Below are positions 14,269 to 24,254 of a stretch of 38,781 nucleotides of DNA, piece by piece. Numbering within the stretch: the first letter of the stretch is position 1; the number at the start of each line of letters is the position of its first letter. The DNA lies in IMG/VR virus record IMGVR_UViG_3300033406_000018, positions 1-38,781 of that record. The stretch is one strand, 5' to 3'. The stretch comes from a virus. Taxonomy: Duplodnaviria; Caudoviricetes. The notes under the pieces are model-generated. The model saw only the letters and a program-made list of their open reading frames with translations, had not been told where the DNA came from and made no database searches. The translations under genes and the position numbers were made by a program.

Positions 14269-14640
14269 ATGCCGCGATCAGCGCCTAAGCCGTGTCGGCA
14301 CCCCGGCTGTAAGGCCTTGCTTCAAGACGGTGCTTACTGTGATGCACATCGCAAGGATGTCGAGAAGCGGTACGACGCCAGGCGCGGATCGTCGAGCCAG
14401 CGCGGATATAACAGCCGATGGCAGAAGGCCCGCGAAACATTCCTCCGGCGTCGTCCGCTCTGCAAGATGTGCGAGGACGAAGGCCGAATTACAGCGGCAA
14501 CGATTGTCGACCACATCACTCCTCACCGTGGTGACCAGGACCTGTTCTGGGACACCGACAACTGGCAGCCTCTGTGCAAGCTGCACCACGACAAGGTCAA
14601 ACAGGCCGAAGAAAAGCGGGACCAGGGGAGGGGGGGTTAA
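14269..14640 (+). CDS. HNH endonuclease (terminase-associated, HK97 gp74-like)
   Basis: RGYNSRWQKAR, PLCKMC, VDHITPHRGD, NWQPLCKLHHDK. Confidence 0.92.
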   Translation: MPRSAPKPCRHPGCKALLQDGAYCDAHRKDVEKRYDARRGSSSQRGYNSRWQKARETFLRRRPLCKMCEDEGRITAATIVDHITPHRGDQDLFWDTDNWQPLCKLHHDKVKQAEEKRDQGRGG

Positions 14641-14717
14641 AAGTCCAGCCCCGAATTCCGCTAGACCGGTCGCCTAGGCACGAATTTATGGGGAAGTTTT
14701 GGCAGAGGGGGGAGGGG
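14625..14717. other. Probable cos region
   Basis: Non-coding gap between HNH and terS bounded by G-rich ggggagggggg tracts; central ctagaccggtcgcctag; exact cut site not determinable. Confidence 0.45.
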
Positions 14718-14747
14718 TAAGAGAACCTGCTCTGTATTCGATTTATT

Positions 14748-14785
14748 CAAGCCTCGGAATGGTTTTCCGGGGCTTTCTTGTTTTT
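14748..14785 (+). terminator. Terminator upstream of terS (Q-antiterminated candidate)
   Basis: aagcctcggaa/ttccggggctt stem followed by tcttgttttt. Confidence 0.55.
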
Positions 14786-14794
14786 GGAGCCGCT

Positions 14795-15280
14795 GTGGAC
14801 GATGAAAAGGGAAAATTGATCGCCCTTCCCGGTGGTGGTGAAGGTTGGGTTCGTAAGGTCGTTGCCGGAGTCGATGTGCCGGCGCCACCGCCGGGCCATG
14901 GTCTGGATCGGCAGGGACTGAGGCTGTATGACTGGATCGCCGAGGCGCTGATCCGGGACGGCCGAAATATCAAGGCGGCCGGCATCCAGTTGATGATGCT
15001 GGCCCACTCACTGCAGTCGTGGTCCGAGGACGTGAAACTCTGTGTCACCGAAGGTCGGTACGGCACGAGCGAGAAGGGTAACCGCTTCGAATTGCCGCAC
15101 AGCTTCAATGAGCGCAACTCCCGCGCCGAAATCAAGAAGGAACTCCCCGAAGCATGTTTGACGGTGATGTCGACAATCGAGGCGAGACTGCGGGAAAGCA
15201 AGACCGGAGCCGCTCAACAGGACGACCTGTTCGGCGACATGGTCGAGTTCGCAAAGGGCAGGCCAAGCGCAAGCGCCTGA
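14795..15280 (+). CDS. terS: Terminase small subunit (P27-like)
   Basis: GTG start after GGAG; PAPP motif; directly upstream of terL. Confidence 0.72.
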   Translation: MDDEKGKLIALPGGGEGWVRKVVAGVDVPAPPPGHGLDRQGLRLYDWIAEALIRDGRNIKAAGIQLMMLAHSLQSWSEDVKLCVTEGRYGTSEKGNRFELPHSFNERNSRAEIKKELPEACLTVMSTIEARLRESKTGAAQQDDLFGDMVEFAKGRPSASA

Positions 15281-16983
15281 TTCCGCCGGAGGAGACCTGG
15301 CAGGAGTGGGATCGGGCCTACGGCGTGCCGGTTCTGCTCGGCGAGATTGTCGTCGGCAGACTGGTGATGCTGGGTGTCGAGCGTCACTACCGCGATCTGC
15401 AGGAGGCCCACAAGCGCGGCCTGGTGTTCAGCCCGGAGCATGGCTGGCACGTGATCGAGTACATCGAGCGCTTCTTTGTCCATATCAAGGGTGCGCTGGC
15501 TGGTACGCCGATCCTGTTGGATCCGTGGCAGAAGTTCTGGACGGCAGTGCTCTACGGCTGGCGCCGGCTGGATGGTCGCCGGCGTTTCACCCGGGCATAT
15601 GAAGAAGTCGCCCGAAAGAATGGGAAGTCGACCTGGAAAGGTCCGCAGGGTGCCTACCTGTTCATGATGGACGGCGAGCCAGGCGCCGAAGTCTACGCGG
15701 TGGCCACCACCCGCGAACAAGCAATGACGGTTTTCAAGCCGGCGTTCGAGAATTTCAAGCGCTGGCGCAAACGCTCGCCCGGCATCGCTCGCAGCTTCCG
15801 CATCTTCGAGGGGATGAACCAGGAGCGCATCGAGGCCGGCGCCTCGGTGTTCAAGCCACTGGCCAGCAATGCCGACGCGCAGGACGGTTTCAACCCGTCA
15901 GCCGTCATGTTCGACGAGCTGCACGCGCAAGCCTCGCGGGAACAGTGGGACGTTCTGGAGTCTGGCTTTGGTGCTCGCCTGCAGCCGCTGCTCTCGGCGA
16001 TCACGACGGCCGGTTTCATCCTCGACGGGATCTGTACAGAAATACGCGGCTACCTGGTGTCGGTGCTGGAAGGGCGGCGCGAAGACGATGACATCTTCGG
16101 CTACGTGTACACCCTCGACGAGGACGATGATGTCTTCGACGAACGCAACTGGATCAAGGCGAATCCCGGCCTGGGCAAGTCGAAAACGATCGACTACCTG
16201 CGCGGGATGGCTCGCAAGGCCAAGGCGCTGCCTAGTGCCCTGGCGAACTTCAAGACCAAAGACCTCAACATCTGGTGCAACGATGCAGAGGGCTGGTTCG
16301 ATCTTGATGCCTGGGACAAGGGAAAGAAGAAATTTGACCCGGCAATGCTGGCTGGCCGTCAATGCTATGGCGGCCTCGACCTGGCGAGCACACGCGACCT
16401 GACGGCGCTGGCGCTGGTCTTCCCGCCGGACGAACCCGGCGGCGAGTGGTTTGCGCTGGTCTGGGTCTGGTGCCCGCGCGCCAAGGTGGATGCCCAGGAG
16501 GACGACGCGGCGCCCTACGGCCGCTGGGAGAAAGAGGGCTGGCTTGAAGTCACCGAAGGCGACGTCACCGACTACAAGCCGGTGATGGATGCCATCCGCC
16601 AGGTGTGCCGCGACTACGACGTCAAGGAAATCGGCTTCGATAAGTGGAACGCCCTGCAGATCATCAATGAGCTGATCGAAGAGGACATTCCGCTGGTCGA
16701 GGTGCCGCAGAACACCGGCGGCATGTACCCGGGCAGCAAGAAGCTTGAGGAGCTGGTGTATTCGCGTCGCCTCCGGCACAACGCGAACCCGCTCCTACGC
16801 TGGTCCGCCGGCAACGTCGCGCTGCTGTTCGACAGCAACGACAACTTCCGGCCGGACAAGAAGAAGAGCAAGAAGAACGGCCGGATCGATCCGGTCGTAG
16901 CGATCGTCACGGCATTGAGCCGGGCCGTGGTTCATGTTGAAGACAAAGGATCCTTCTGGGAATCGACTGATGAATCTGAGTAA
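15154..16983 (+). CDS. terL: Terminase large subunit (start uncertain)
   Basis: ARKNGKST Walker A, MFDELH Walker B, GGLDLAS, RIDPVVA. Confidence 0.95.
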   Translation: MFDGDVDNRGETAGKQDRSRSTGRPVRRHGRVRKGQAKRKRLIPPEETWQEWDRAYGVPVLLGEIVVGRLVMLGVERHYRDLQEAHKRGLVFSPEHGWHVIEYIERFFVHIKGALAGTPILLDPWQKFWTAVLYGWRRLDGRRRFTRAYEEVARKNGKSTWKGPQGAYLFMMDGEPGAEVYAVATTREQAMTVFKPAFENFKRWRKRSPGIARSFRIFEGMNQERIEAGASVFKPLASNADAQDGFNPSAVMFDELHAQASREQWDVLESGFGARLQPLLSAITTAGFILDGICTEIRGYLVSVLEGRREDDDIFGYVYTLDEDDDVFDERNWIKANPGLGKSKTIDYLRGMARKAKALPSALANFKTKDLNIWCNDAEGWFDLDAWDKGKKKFDPAMLAGRQCYGGLDLASTRDLTALALVFPPDEPGGEWFALVWVWCPRAKVDAQEDDAAPYGRWEKEGWLEVTEGDVTDYKPVMDAIRQVCRDYDVKEIGFDKWNALQIINELIEEDIPLVEVPQNTGGMYPGSKKLEELVYSRRLRHNANPLLRWSAGNVALLFDSNDNFRPDKKKSKKNGRIDPVVAIVTALSRAVVHVEDKGSFWESTDESE

Positions 16984-18190
16984 TCTCTGGCCGTTTGGCC
17001 GCAAGGAAGCGACGGTCATCGACCTGGCCGCCGACATCCTGCAGCTCGGCGCAAGCAAGAGCGGCCAGACGGTCACCGTGACCAAGGCGCTCAGGGTCGC
17101 CACTGTGCTGGCCTGCGTCCGCGTCATCAGCGAAGGCGTCGCCCAGGTGCCGTTCAAGTTGCTGCGCCGTGATGGCCGCAACAAGCTGGAGGCCTACGAC
17201 CACCCGCTGTGGGACATCCTGCACCGCAAGCCAAACGATGTGACGACCAGCTTCGGTTTTCGCGAGACGCTTGTGCTGCATGCCGCGCTGACCGGAAATG
17301 GTTTTGCGTTCATCAGTCGCGGTGGTGGCGGGCGTGTACTCGAGCTGATCAATATTGAGCCCGGTGCGGTGCGGATCGAGAAGTCCGACACCATGGGCGT
17401 GCGTCCCGTCTACATCATCACGGGCAGAAACGGCACCAAGCGTTTCCCGGCCGAAATGATCCTGCACATCCAGGGGCCGAGTTGGGACGGCATCGCCGGC
17501 ATGGACGTGGTGCGCCAGGCGCGCGAGGCTATTGGCCTGGCGATCGCCACCGAAGAGGCGCATGCGCGGCTGCATTCCAATGGTGCCCGACCGGGCGGCA
17601 TGCTGTCCGTCGAAGGCAAGCTGGACGACAAGCAGTTCAAGGATCTACGCAAGTGGATTGATGACAACTACGTCGGTGGTGACAACGCCTACCGGACGAT
17701 GATTCTGGATCGTTCGGCCAAGTTCATGTCGATGGCCATGACCGGCGTCGACGCTCAGCATCTGGAGACCCGCCGTTTCCAGATCGAGGAGGTGTGCCGC
17801 ATCCTCCGTGTCATGCCGATCATGGTCTGCAGCAACGACAAGGCCAGCACCTACGCCGGCGCTGAGCAGAACTTCCTAGCGCACGTTGTTCATACCTTGG
17901 GGCCGTGGTTCGAGCGCATCGAACAGACCATTGACTGCCAGCTGCTGTCCGACGCCGAACGCCGTGCCGGCTACTACGCGAAGCTCGAAGAGCGCGGCTT
18001 GTTGCGGGGCGCCCTCAAGGACACCGCCGAGTACCTCTACAAGCTGTCCGGCATCGGAATCATGACGCGCAATGAAGCGCGAGAAATGCTCGACCTCAAC
18101 CCGATCGCCGGGCTCGACGATCCGCTTACACCGATCAACCTGGCCGCCGAGTTGGCGAAATCGCAGAAGGAAGGAAGCGCTAATGTCTGA
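16970..18190 (+). CDS. HK97-family portal protein
   Basis: VLACVRVISEGVAQVP, NGARPG, DAQHLETRRFQIEEVCR, MTRNEAR. Confidence 0.95.
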   Translation: MNLSNLWPFGRKEATVIDLAADILQLGASKSGQTVTVTKALRVATVLACVRVISEGVAQVPFKLLRRDGRNKLEAYDHPLWDILHRKPNDVTTSFGFRETLVLHAALTGNGFAFISRGGGGRVLELINIEPGAVRIEKSDTMGVRPVYIITGRNGTKRFPAEMILHIQGPSWDGIAGMDVVRQAREAIGLAIATEEAHARLHSNGARPGGMLSVEGKLDDKQFKDLRKWIDDNYVGGDNAYRTMILDRSAKFMSMAMTGVDAQHLETRRFQIEEVCRILRVMPIMVCSNDKASTYAGAEQNFLAHVVHTLGPWFERIEQTIDCQLLSDAERRAGYYAKLEERGLLRGALKDTAEYLYKLSGIGIMTRNEAREMLDLNPIAGLDDPLTPINLAAELAKSQKEGSANV

Positions 18191-20117
18191 CACTACCGTC
18201 TTAGTCAAATATGTTGGCCAATCGTCATGGTTTGAATCAGCGGTCACCGGGCGTCAGACAAAGTGGCTCCCTGGACAATCTGGCTATGTATCTGATGCGA
18301 TATCTCGGCAGCTTGCTTCGACCGGGCTGTTTAGTGTTGGAGATAAAAAGCCAGTTATGTCTGCTTTTGATCCTGTCACCGGGGGGCTTGAAATCCTCGG
18401 GCAGGATGGTCTTCCTGTCATCAGCACCGAAAAGCAGTCGATCACGCTTACCGGAACTTATGTGAGCAACGGGACTTTGGTAGAAGAGGACTGCGGATTC
18501 GAGCCTGATTTTATCGTTGTCAAAGGCGATGCGGCGACCATCGCGGTGTTTCACTCAAAAGCATCGTGGTACGGCCGCACTGATGCGTTTAACAATACCG
18601 ACTCAACCGGCAACGGCATAACGATCACAAAAACAGGTTTTACTGTGGGAGCGGGTGCAGAGGTAAATACAAACGGTGTGACGTATCATTATTTTGCTTA
18701 CAAGGATAACGATTCAGAGTCGCTCCTACAGGGCAACTGGATGGGAAATGCGACGGCTGGCCGAAAAGTTGATCTATTCGCAGGTAAGCCGGTAAAGGCA
18801 ACTATCATCAAGCGCGATGCTGCGCAAAAGTCCGTATGGTCGTGGCTTGGCCTGCCGCAGTCTTATGATATGGATGGCAATGCCGGTGACTTCTGCATGA
18901 TCAACAATGACGGTACGCTGACACTCAGCGCGTCGAACTTCGTCAATCAGTGGGCCAACAACCTTGGCGAAGGCACTATCGGTCTAGCGATCACCGGCAA
19001 TAGTACGTTCGCTGGTGTTTATACAGGAGCCGGAGTTGCTCAGCGTACCCCACTTCCGTGGGGTATTGACTTCGCAATCATTCAGCCGCTTGGCGTCGTC
19101 GGCCAGAATGCCCACCTATGGTTCTCGACTCTATCCGCCGGGCAGCATGCGCCGGTGGCTCCTGCCGCGCTTGGAACTGGCCGCATTACGTCGGTCGATG
19201 AAAGCTCTATGCTGATTAGCTCGGGCGCTCAGTTGAACACGAATGGTGTGAAGTACGGCGTGATTGCATTCAAGCGCAATCGTGCGTCAACGCCTGTCGT
19301 CAAAAACGCGCAGACGATCTACAAGACTGCTATCCAGTTGGCAGCCGGGGGATATATTGACTGCGGAATTTCAGACAGCCTGAAGTTCGACGGCGCTCAT
19401 ACGCTTGAATGGTTTGGTGCGATCTATCCGACCAGCACGACGCCGTTTGCTGGCGGCGCTGGCGTCGATAACGAGGCCAACAAGCAATTCCCGATCTTCT
19501 GCCGGACTGGTGGCGCGGATGGCGTAGCAGGCGCCGTGTCGTTTGCTCTGGCCGCCCTGTGTCCTCGTCCAGAAGGCACCGGGCAGCGTGGCGGCGATTG
19601 GTCTGGAGCGTCGCTGGCTTGGGCTACTTTTGACACGTGGGCGCTGCCGCAAACCGGCGCCCCTGTCCTCGATAACTTCCCGGCGTTCTCCGGGATGGTC
19701 ATGCCGTCTGGTCGCCTTGCTCACATCATGCTTTCGCACGATGGGTCGGGCGGGTGGTGGTTGGCGATCAATGGACAGGTCGTCAAAGAGCGCAAGCGTG
19801 ATCTGGTCGCCGCCACCGGAAAGGCGAATATTTCCGGTGGGGCAGGCCATCGCACGATATTCGGGGCACGTCAGCGAGCCACGATTGATTACGCTTACGG
19901 ACAGCAATTCCGACTGGCTCGCATCTACAACCGTGCGCTTACGAAAGCGGAAATGGCGGCGAATTACTCCGCGCTGTTCAGCCCTCTGCGTAATCCGACG
20001 CCTGGTTTTATCGAAGAGTGGGACGCTAGAAAGGCGTCAGGAACAACGCTGCCGGCGACCGTCAATTCGGTAAATAACGGCACGATTGTCTCCGGCGTCA
20101 TTTCGTCGCCTTCGTAA
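18183..20117 (+). CDS. 644-aa beta-rich protein with C-terminal LamG/ConA-like domain, inserted between portal and protease
   Basis: GFEPDFIVVK-type repeats; HTLEWF, HIMLSHDG, LAING, RIYNRALT.AEMAANY; less GC-biased codon usage than its neighbours. Confidence 0.7.
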   Translation: MSDTTVLVKYVGQSSWFESAVTGRQTKWLPGQSGYVSDAISRQLASTGLFSVGDKKPVMSAFDPVTGGLEILGQDGLPVISTEKQSITLTGTYVSNGTLVEEDCGFEPDFIVVKGDAATIAVFHSKASWYGRTDAFNNTDSTGNGITITKTGFTVGAGAEVNTNGVTYHYFAYKDNDSESLLQGNWMGNATAGRKVDLFAGKPVKATIIKRDAAQKSVWSWLGLPQSYDMDGNAGDFCMINNDGTLTLSASNFVNQWANNLGEGTIGLAITGNSTFAGVYTGAGVAQRTPLPWGIDFAIIQPLGVVGQNAHLWFSTLSAGQHAPVAPAALGTGRITSVDESSMLISSGAQLNTNGVKYGVIAFKRNRASTPVVKNAQTIYKTAIQLAAGGYIDCGISDSLKFDGAHTLEWFGAIYPTSTTPFAGGAGVDNEANKQFPIFCRTGGADGVAGAVSFALAALCPRPEGTGQRGGDWSGASLAWATFDTWALPQTGAPVLDNFPAFSGMVMPSGRLAHIMLSHDGSGGWWLAINGQVVKERKRDLVAATGKANISGGAGHRTIFGARQRATIDYAYGQQFRLARIYNRALTKAEMAANYSALFSPLRNPTPGFIEEWDARKASGTTLPATVNSVNNGTIVSGVISSPS

Positions 20118-20146
20118 ATCTAATCCCCTCTGCACAATGATCAAAC

Positions 20147-20168
20147 AACCCGCTTCGGCGGGTTTTTC
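20147..20168 (+). terminator. Intrinsic terminator
   Basis: aacccgc-ttcg-gcgggtt followed by Ts. Confidence 0.8.
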
Positions 20169-20182
20169 GAAAGGAGTCACCG

Positions 20183-20818
20183 ATGCGTGACCATCTTGAT
20201 ATCCCGTTCAAGATCAAGTCCGTCTCCGAAGACGGAGTTTTTTCAGGTTATGGCTCTGTGTTCGGGGTTGTCGACTCCTACAAGGAAGTCGTGCTGCCCG
20301 GTGCTTTTGCCGAGAGCCTCAAGGTTCGCCGTCCGGCCATGCTCTGGCAGCACCGCAGCAGCGAGCCCATTGGCGTCTATACCTTGGTCAAGGAAGACAG
20401 CGTCGGGCTTTACGTCGAAGGCAAGCTCGCCCTCAAGACTGTGCGCGGCGCCGAAACCTACGAACTGCTCAAGATGGATGCCCTCAACGGCCTCTCAATC
20501 GGTTTCGTCTCCCGGGAAGACAGCTACGACAAAGTCACCGGTGTTCGTTCCCTGAAAGCCGTCGATCTCTGGGAGGTCTCCCCAGTCACCTTCCCGGCAA
20601 ATGAATCCGCCCGCGTCTCGTCAGTAAAGAGCGTCGAGCAGATAGCAACCCTATCCGACGCCGAGGCCTACCTGCGCGATGCAGGCGGGCTCTCGCGCCG
20701 CGAAGCGCTGGCGATTGTCGCCCGCATCAAGTCCCTGCATGGCCAGCGCGATGCTGGTGAGTTGGGCGAACTGGCCGCGCTGATGAAGCGCAACACCGCT
20801 GTTTTTTCCACCTTATAA
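20183..20818 (+). CDS. HK97-family prohead protease
   Basis: FSGYGSVFG, MLWQH, GLSIGF, LWEVSPVTFPAN. Confidence 0.95.
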   Translation: MRDHLDIPFKIKSVSEDGVFSGYGSVFGVVDSYKEVVLPGAFAESLKVRRPAMLWQHRSSEPIGVYTLVKEDSVGLYVEGKLALKTVRGAETYELLKMDALNGLSIGFVSREDSYDKVTGVRSLKAVDLWEVSPVTFPANESARVSSVKSVEQIATLSDAEAYLRDAGGLSRREALAIVARIKSLHGQRDAGELGELAALMKRNTAVFSTL

Positions 20819-20829
20819 GGACTGTTCAC

Positions 20830-22182
20830 ATGAACAAGAAATCCATGATCCGTGCCGTCATCGCCCTGGGTGTCGGCCTCTTGGCCGCCGCCGCTCACGC
20901 TGCCGGCATCATCACCGCCGATGTCGCCCTGGCCGGTGGTCTCGTTCCCATGGCCTTGGGTGAGGTCGATTTCGGTTCCCTGAAGGAGCTCCTGCAGAAG
21001 CAGGGGGAGACCTTCGAGGAATTCAAGAAGACCAACGATGCCCGCCTGCAGGCGAAGGCCGACGGCAAGTCGGTCGAGGCCTTCGAGGCCAAGCTGTCCA
21101 AGATCAGTGAGGAGCTGAGCAAGATCGGCGACCTCAAGTCCGAGTTCGATGGGCTCATGAAAAAGCTCAACCGCCCTGGTGCGGCCGGTGATGTCGATCC
21201 GGCCAAGGCCGAACACAAGGCTGCCTTCGGCAAGTTCATCCGCAAGGGCGCTGACGATGGCCTGGGCGAGCTGCAGCAGAAGGCCTACAACATCACCACC
21301 GACGCCGACGGCGCCTATGCTGTGCCGGAAGAACTCGACCGCGAAATCCTGGAACTGATGCGCGATGTCTCGCCGATGCGTGAAGTGGCCAACGTTATCA
21401 CCGTCGGAGGCTCCGACTACAAGAAGCTGGCCAACAAGGGCGGCACCGCCGGTGGCTGGGTCGATGAAGACGACGCTCGTGCTGCCACCAACCCAAGCCA
21501 GTTCGCCATCCTGACCCCGTTCATGGGCGAGGTCTATGCCTACCCGCAGGCCACCCAGCAGATGCTCGACGACGTGTTCTTCAACGCCGAACAGTTCATT
21601 GAGAATGAGTGCGCCTTGACCTTCGCCGAGATGGAAGGCGCCGCCTTCACGACCGGCGACGGCACCAAGAAGCCCAAGGGCTTCCTGGCCTATGCCACCG
21701 CCACCACGGCGGATGGTGTTCGCGCCTTCGGCACCCTGCAGCACATCGTCTCCGGTGCTGCTGCAGACTGGGCGGCCACCACCCCGCAGGACAAGCTGCT
21801 CGACGTGGTCTATGCGCTGAAGAAGGGTTATCGCGCTAACGCCCGCTGGATGATGTCGAAAGCTATGCTGGGCGACGCCCGCAAGCTCAAGGATGCCGAC
21901 GGCAACTACCTCTGGCGCCCGGGCCTCGAGGCTGGCCAGCCGGACACCCTGCTGGGCTACGGCATCGCAGAGAACGAAGACATGCCGGCCAAGGCCGCCA
22001 ATGCCCTGTCGATCGCCTTCGGCGACTTCAAGCGCGGCTACACCATTGTCGACCGCATCGGTACCCGCATCCTGCGCGACCCCTACACCAACAAGCCGTT
22101 CGTTGGCTTCTACGTGACCAAGCGGGTCGGCGGCTTCCTGGCGGATTCCAACGCCATCAAGCTGTTCAAGTTCTCCGCCTGA
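20830..22182 (+). CDS. HK97-fold major capsid protein
   Basis: DGAYAVPEELD, GDGTKKPKGFL, LKDADGNYLWRPG, IAFGDF, KRVGG. Confidence 0.95.
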   Translation: MNKKSMIRAVIALGVGLLAAAAHAAGIITADVALAGGLVPMALGEVDFGSLKELLQKQGETFEEFKKTNDARLQAKADGKSVEAFEAKLSKISEELSKIGDLKSEFDGLMKKLNRPGAAGDVDPAKAEHKAAFGKFIRKGADDGLGELQQKAYNITTDADGAYAVPEELDREILELMRDVSPMREVANVITVGGSDYKKLANKGGTAGGWVDEDDARAATNPSQFAILTPFMGEVYAYPQATQQMLDDVFFNAEQFIENECALTFAEMEGAAFTTGDGTKKPKGFLAYATATTADGVRAFGTLQHIVSGAAADWAATTPQDKLLDVVYALKKGYRANARWMMSKAMLGDARKLKDADGNYLWRPGLEAGQPDTLLGYGIAENEDMPAKAANALSIAFGDFKRGYTIVDRIGTRILRDPYTNKPFVGFYVTKRVGGFLADSNAIKLFKFSA

Positions 22183-22200
22183 TCGGCTGAATGACAAACA

Positions 22201-22228
22201 ACGGGCCGCCTTCGGGTGGCCCGTTTTC
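22201..22228 (+). terminator. Intrinsic terminator after the capsid gene
   Basis: acgggccgcc-ttcg-ggtggcccgt followed by Ts. Confidence 0.8.
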
Positions 22229-22242
22229 ATTGGAGCGTTTCC

Positions 22243-22455
22243 ATGAGCAAAGCAATTGAAGTGACCAAGGACTTCAAGTTCGCGCACCGCGGCTGCGACG
22301 TCGTTGAGTACCAAGCCGGTGATGTGATCGAAGATCCCGCCGCCGACCTGTACGAAGTCGCCATCAAGAACAAGTGGGCGAAGGAATCCAAGGCGAAGCC
22401 CGCCGCCCCGGAAAACAAGGACGCTGGTCAGTCGCCAGAAAACAAGTCGGAGTAA
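22243..22455 (+). CDS. Small head-associated protein (70 aa)
   Basis: GGAG SD; follows MCP; low-complexity APENK tail. Confidence 0.65.
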   Translation: MSKAIEVTKDFKFAHRGCDVVEYQAGDVIEDPAADLYEVAIKNKWAKESKAKPAAPENKDAGQSPENKSE

Positions 22456-22461
22456 TCGACC

Positions 22462-22767
22462 ATGGCCGCGCCGACCATCGATTTCATCAAGGGCTGGTGC
22501 CGCATCGATGGCGATGAATTCGACGCCATCTTGCCGGCAATGATCATCAGCGCAACAGCGAGCGCGAGCCATGAAACCGGCCACGACTACACCACGGAGG
22601 TCATGCCGGAATCGGTGCAAATGTGGTGCGCTGCACAAGTTTCACACTGGCTGGCCACGCCTGAGGCGGCTGTTTCGCCATCCGGCAACAATCCGCAGAA
22701 GAACATCTTCCTGGATGGGCTTCTGGATCCGCATCGCACCTTCGTCATGGAGATCAAGCCGGTATGA
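22462..22767 (+). CDS. Head-tail connector (HK97 gp6-like)
   Basis: IKGWCRIDGDEFD, VSHW, LLDPHR. Confidence 0.8.
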   Translation: MAAPTIDFIKGWCRIDGDEFDAILPAMIISATASASHETGHDYTTEVMPESVQMWCAAQVSHWLATPEAAVSPSGNNPQKNIFLDGLLDPHRTFVMEIKPV

Positions 22768-23114
22768 AAATGCCAAGCAGTGGCGAACTGAATCGCCGCG
22801 TCACCCTGCGCAAGTGGCAGGACGTGGCGGCCGCCGGCTTCGGTATCGATGCCACCTTTGACGCCGGCGCCACCGTCTGGGCTAGCATCGAGCCGGTTGG
22901 CTCGGCGATTTTCTGGGGTACGCAGCAGATCGATAACGGCGTCACGCACCGCGTCACTGTGCGCCGCACGGCGGCGATCAACGAAATCACCATCACCGGC
23001 GAGCATGTGGCCGAGCACGTTGGCCTGCGTTTCCGGGTCAAGCGCGCGTCCGATCTCAACGGTAAGCGCCGCTTTCTTGTTCTTGAGGTCGAGGCGCTTG
23101 GAGTAATCGCATGA
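22764..23114 (+). CDS. Head closure protein (SPP1 gp16-like)
   Basis: GELNRRVTL, TVWASIEP, THRVTVR. Confidence 0.82.
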   Translation: MKMPSSGELNRRVTLRKWQDVAAAGFGIDATFDAGATVWASIEPVGSAIFWGTQQIDNGVTHRVTVRRTAAINEITITGEHVAEHVGLRFRVKRASDLNGKRRFLVLEVEALGVIA

Positions 23115-23653
23115 TCGGCACCAAGTACAACGGCAACTACTTCGCCGCCTCGGTCTTCTGGGAAGGTCATAGTCACCTCGATTTCGACCGGCGCCAGATC
23201 CGCAAGGCCATGCGCCAGATCGGCGCCGATATCCGCAAGGTCGCCCGCAGGAAAGTGGCGCGGCGGGCCGTGTCGGAGGCTGGCAAGGCGCCGGGTAAGC
23301 AGTCCGGCACGCTGCAGCGCGCGATTAACTACCGCGTCAGCAAGCCCGGCCTGCTGGTCAGCATCCGCCCGGATAAGACGGAAGCCATGGGCAAGGATTT
23401 TTACCCGGCCTTCCTCAACGCCGGGGTGCGCCAAGGCTCGGCAATGAAGCGCCTGGCGCCTGGCGAAGGGCTCGGTATCAGCAATCGCCGACGCCGTGGC
23501 CAGCGTGCCAAGGAAACGATGGCGCGGGCGGCCGGTGGCTGGCGTGTCGCACCGCGCGCCAACTATATGGAAGAGTCCCTCGAGGAACGCAAGGCCAACG
23601 CCCGCCAGGTGTTGGCTAATGCCCTACAAGATGCCCTGATCGCCCGCAAATGA
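23111..23653 (+). CDS. Neck protein (HK97 gp10-like)
   Basis: APGKQSGTLQRAI, YPAFL, APRANYM; position. Confidence 0.7.
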   Translation: MIGTKYNGNYFAASVFWEGHSHLDFDRRQIRKAMRQIGADIRKVARRKVARRAVSEAGKAPGKQSGTLQRAINYRVSKPGLLVSIRPDKTEAMGKDFYPAFLNAGVRQGSAMKRLAPGEGLGISNRRRRGQRAKETMARAAGGWRVAPRANYMEESLEERKANARQVLANALQDALIARK

Positions 23654-24240
23654 ACCTTGACCCGATCATCGCCGCTCTGCGCCTGCGCTGCCCCAGCTTC
23701 GCTGGCCGCGTCGCCGGCGCCGCCCAGTTTCAGCTGCTGTCGGAAAAGACCAACTTGCTGGTGCCGTGCGCCTACGTCATCCCGCTTGACGACAACCCGG
23801 ACCAGAACCGCAGCGCCACAGGCTACCGGCAGCGCATTACCGATGCCTTCGCCGTCATCGTCGCTCTCGGCAATACCGCCGATGAGCGCGGGCAGGGCGC
23901 GGCGACCGCCGTGCATGCCTTGCGCCGCGAATTGTGGAAAGCGCTGCTCGGCTGGCAGATCAGCGACGACTACGATGGTATCGAATACGGCGGCGGCAAC
24001 CTGTTGGGCCTCGATCGCGCCCGCCTCTGGTACCAGTTCGAGTTCTCCGCCGCCTTCGAGATCGGCAGTGACGACACCTCCGATCCGGATACCTGGCAGG
24101 CCATCGATCTGGCCGCGCTGCCGGCGCTGACCGAAATCCACCTCGACGACGTCGCCAACCCGGCCGGCATCAGCGCCGAGAACCCGACGCCGGATGGTCG
24201 CACCGCGGCCCGCCAGCGCATCACGCTCGACCCGCCCTAA
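23650..24240 (+). CDS. Tail terminator / completion protein
   Basis: RCPSFAGRVAGAA, LWKALLGW, RLWYQFEF; precedes the sheath. Confidence 0.72.
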   Translation: MNLDPIIAALRLRCPSFAGRVAGAAQFQLLSEKTNLLVPCAYVIPLDDNPDQNRSATGYRQRITDAFAVIVALGNTADERGQGAATAVHALRRELWKALLGWQISDDYDGIEYGGGNLLGLDRARLWYQFEFSAAFEIGSDDTSDPDTWQAIDLAALPALTEIHLDDVANPAGISAENPTPDGRTAARQRITLDPP

Positions 24241-24254
24241 CCAGGAGCTTTCCC

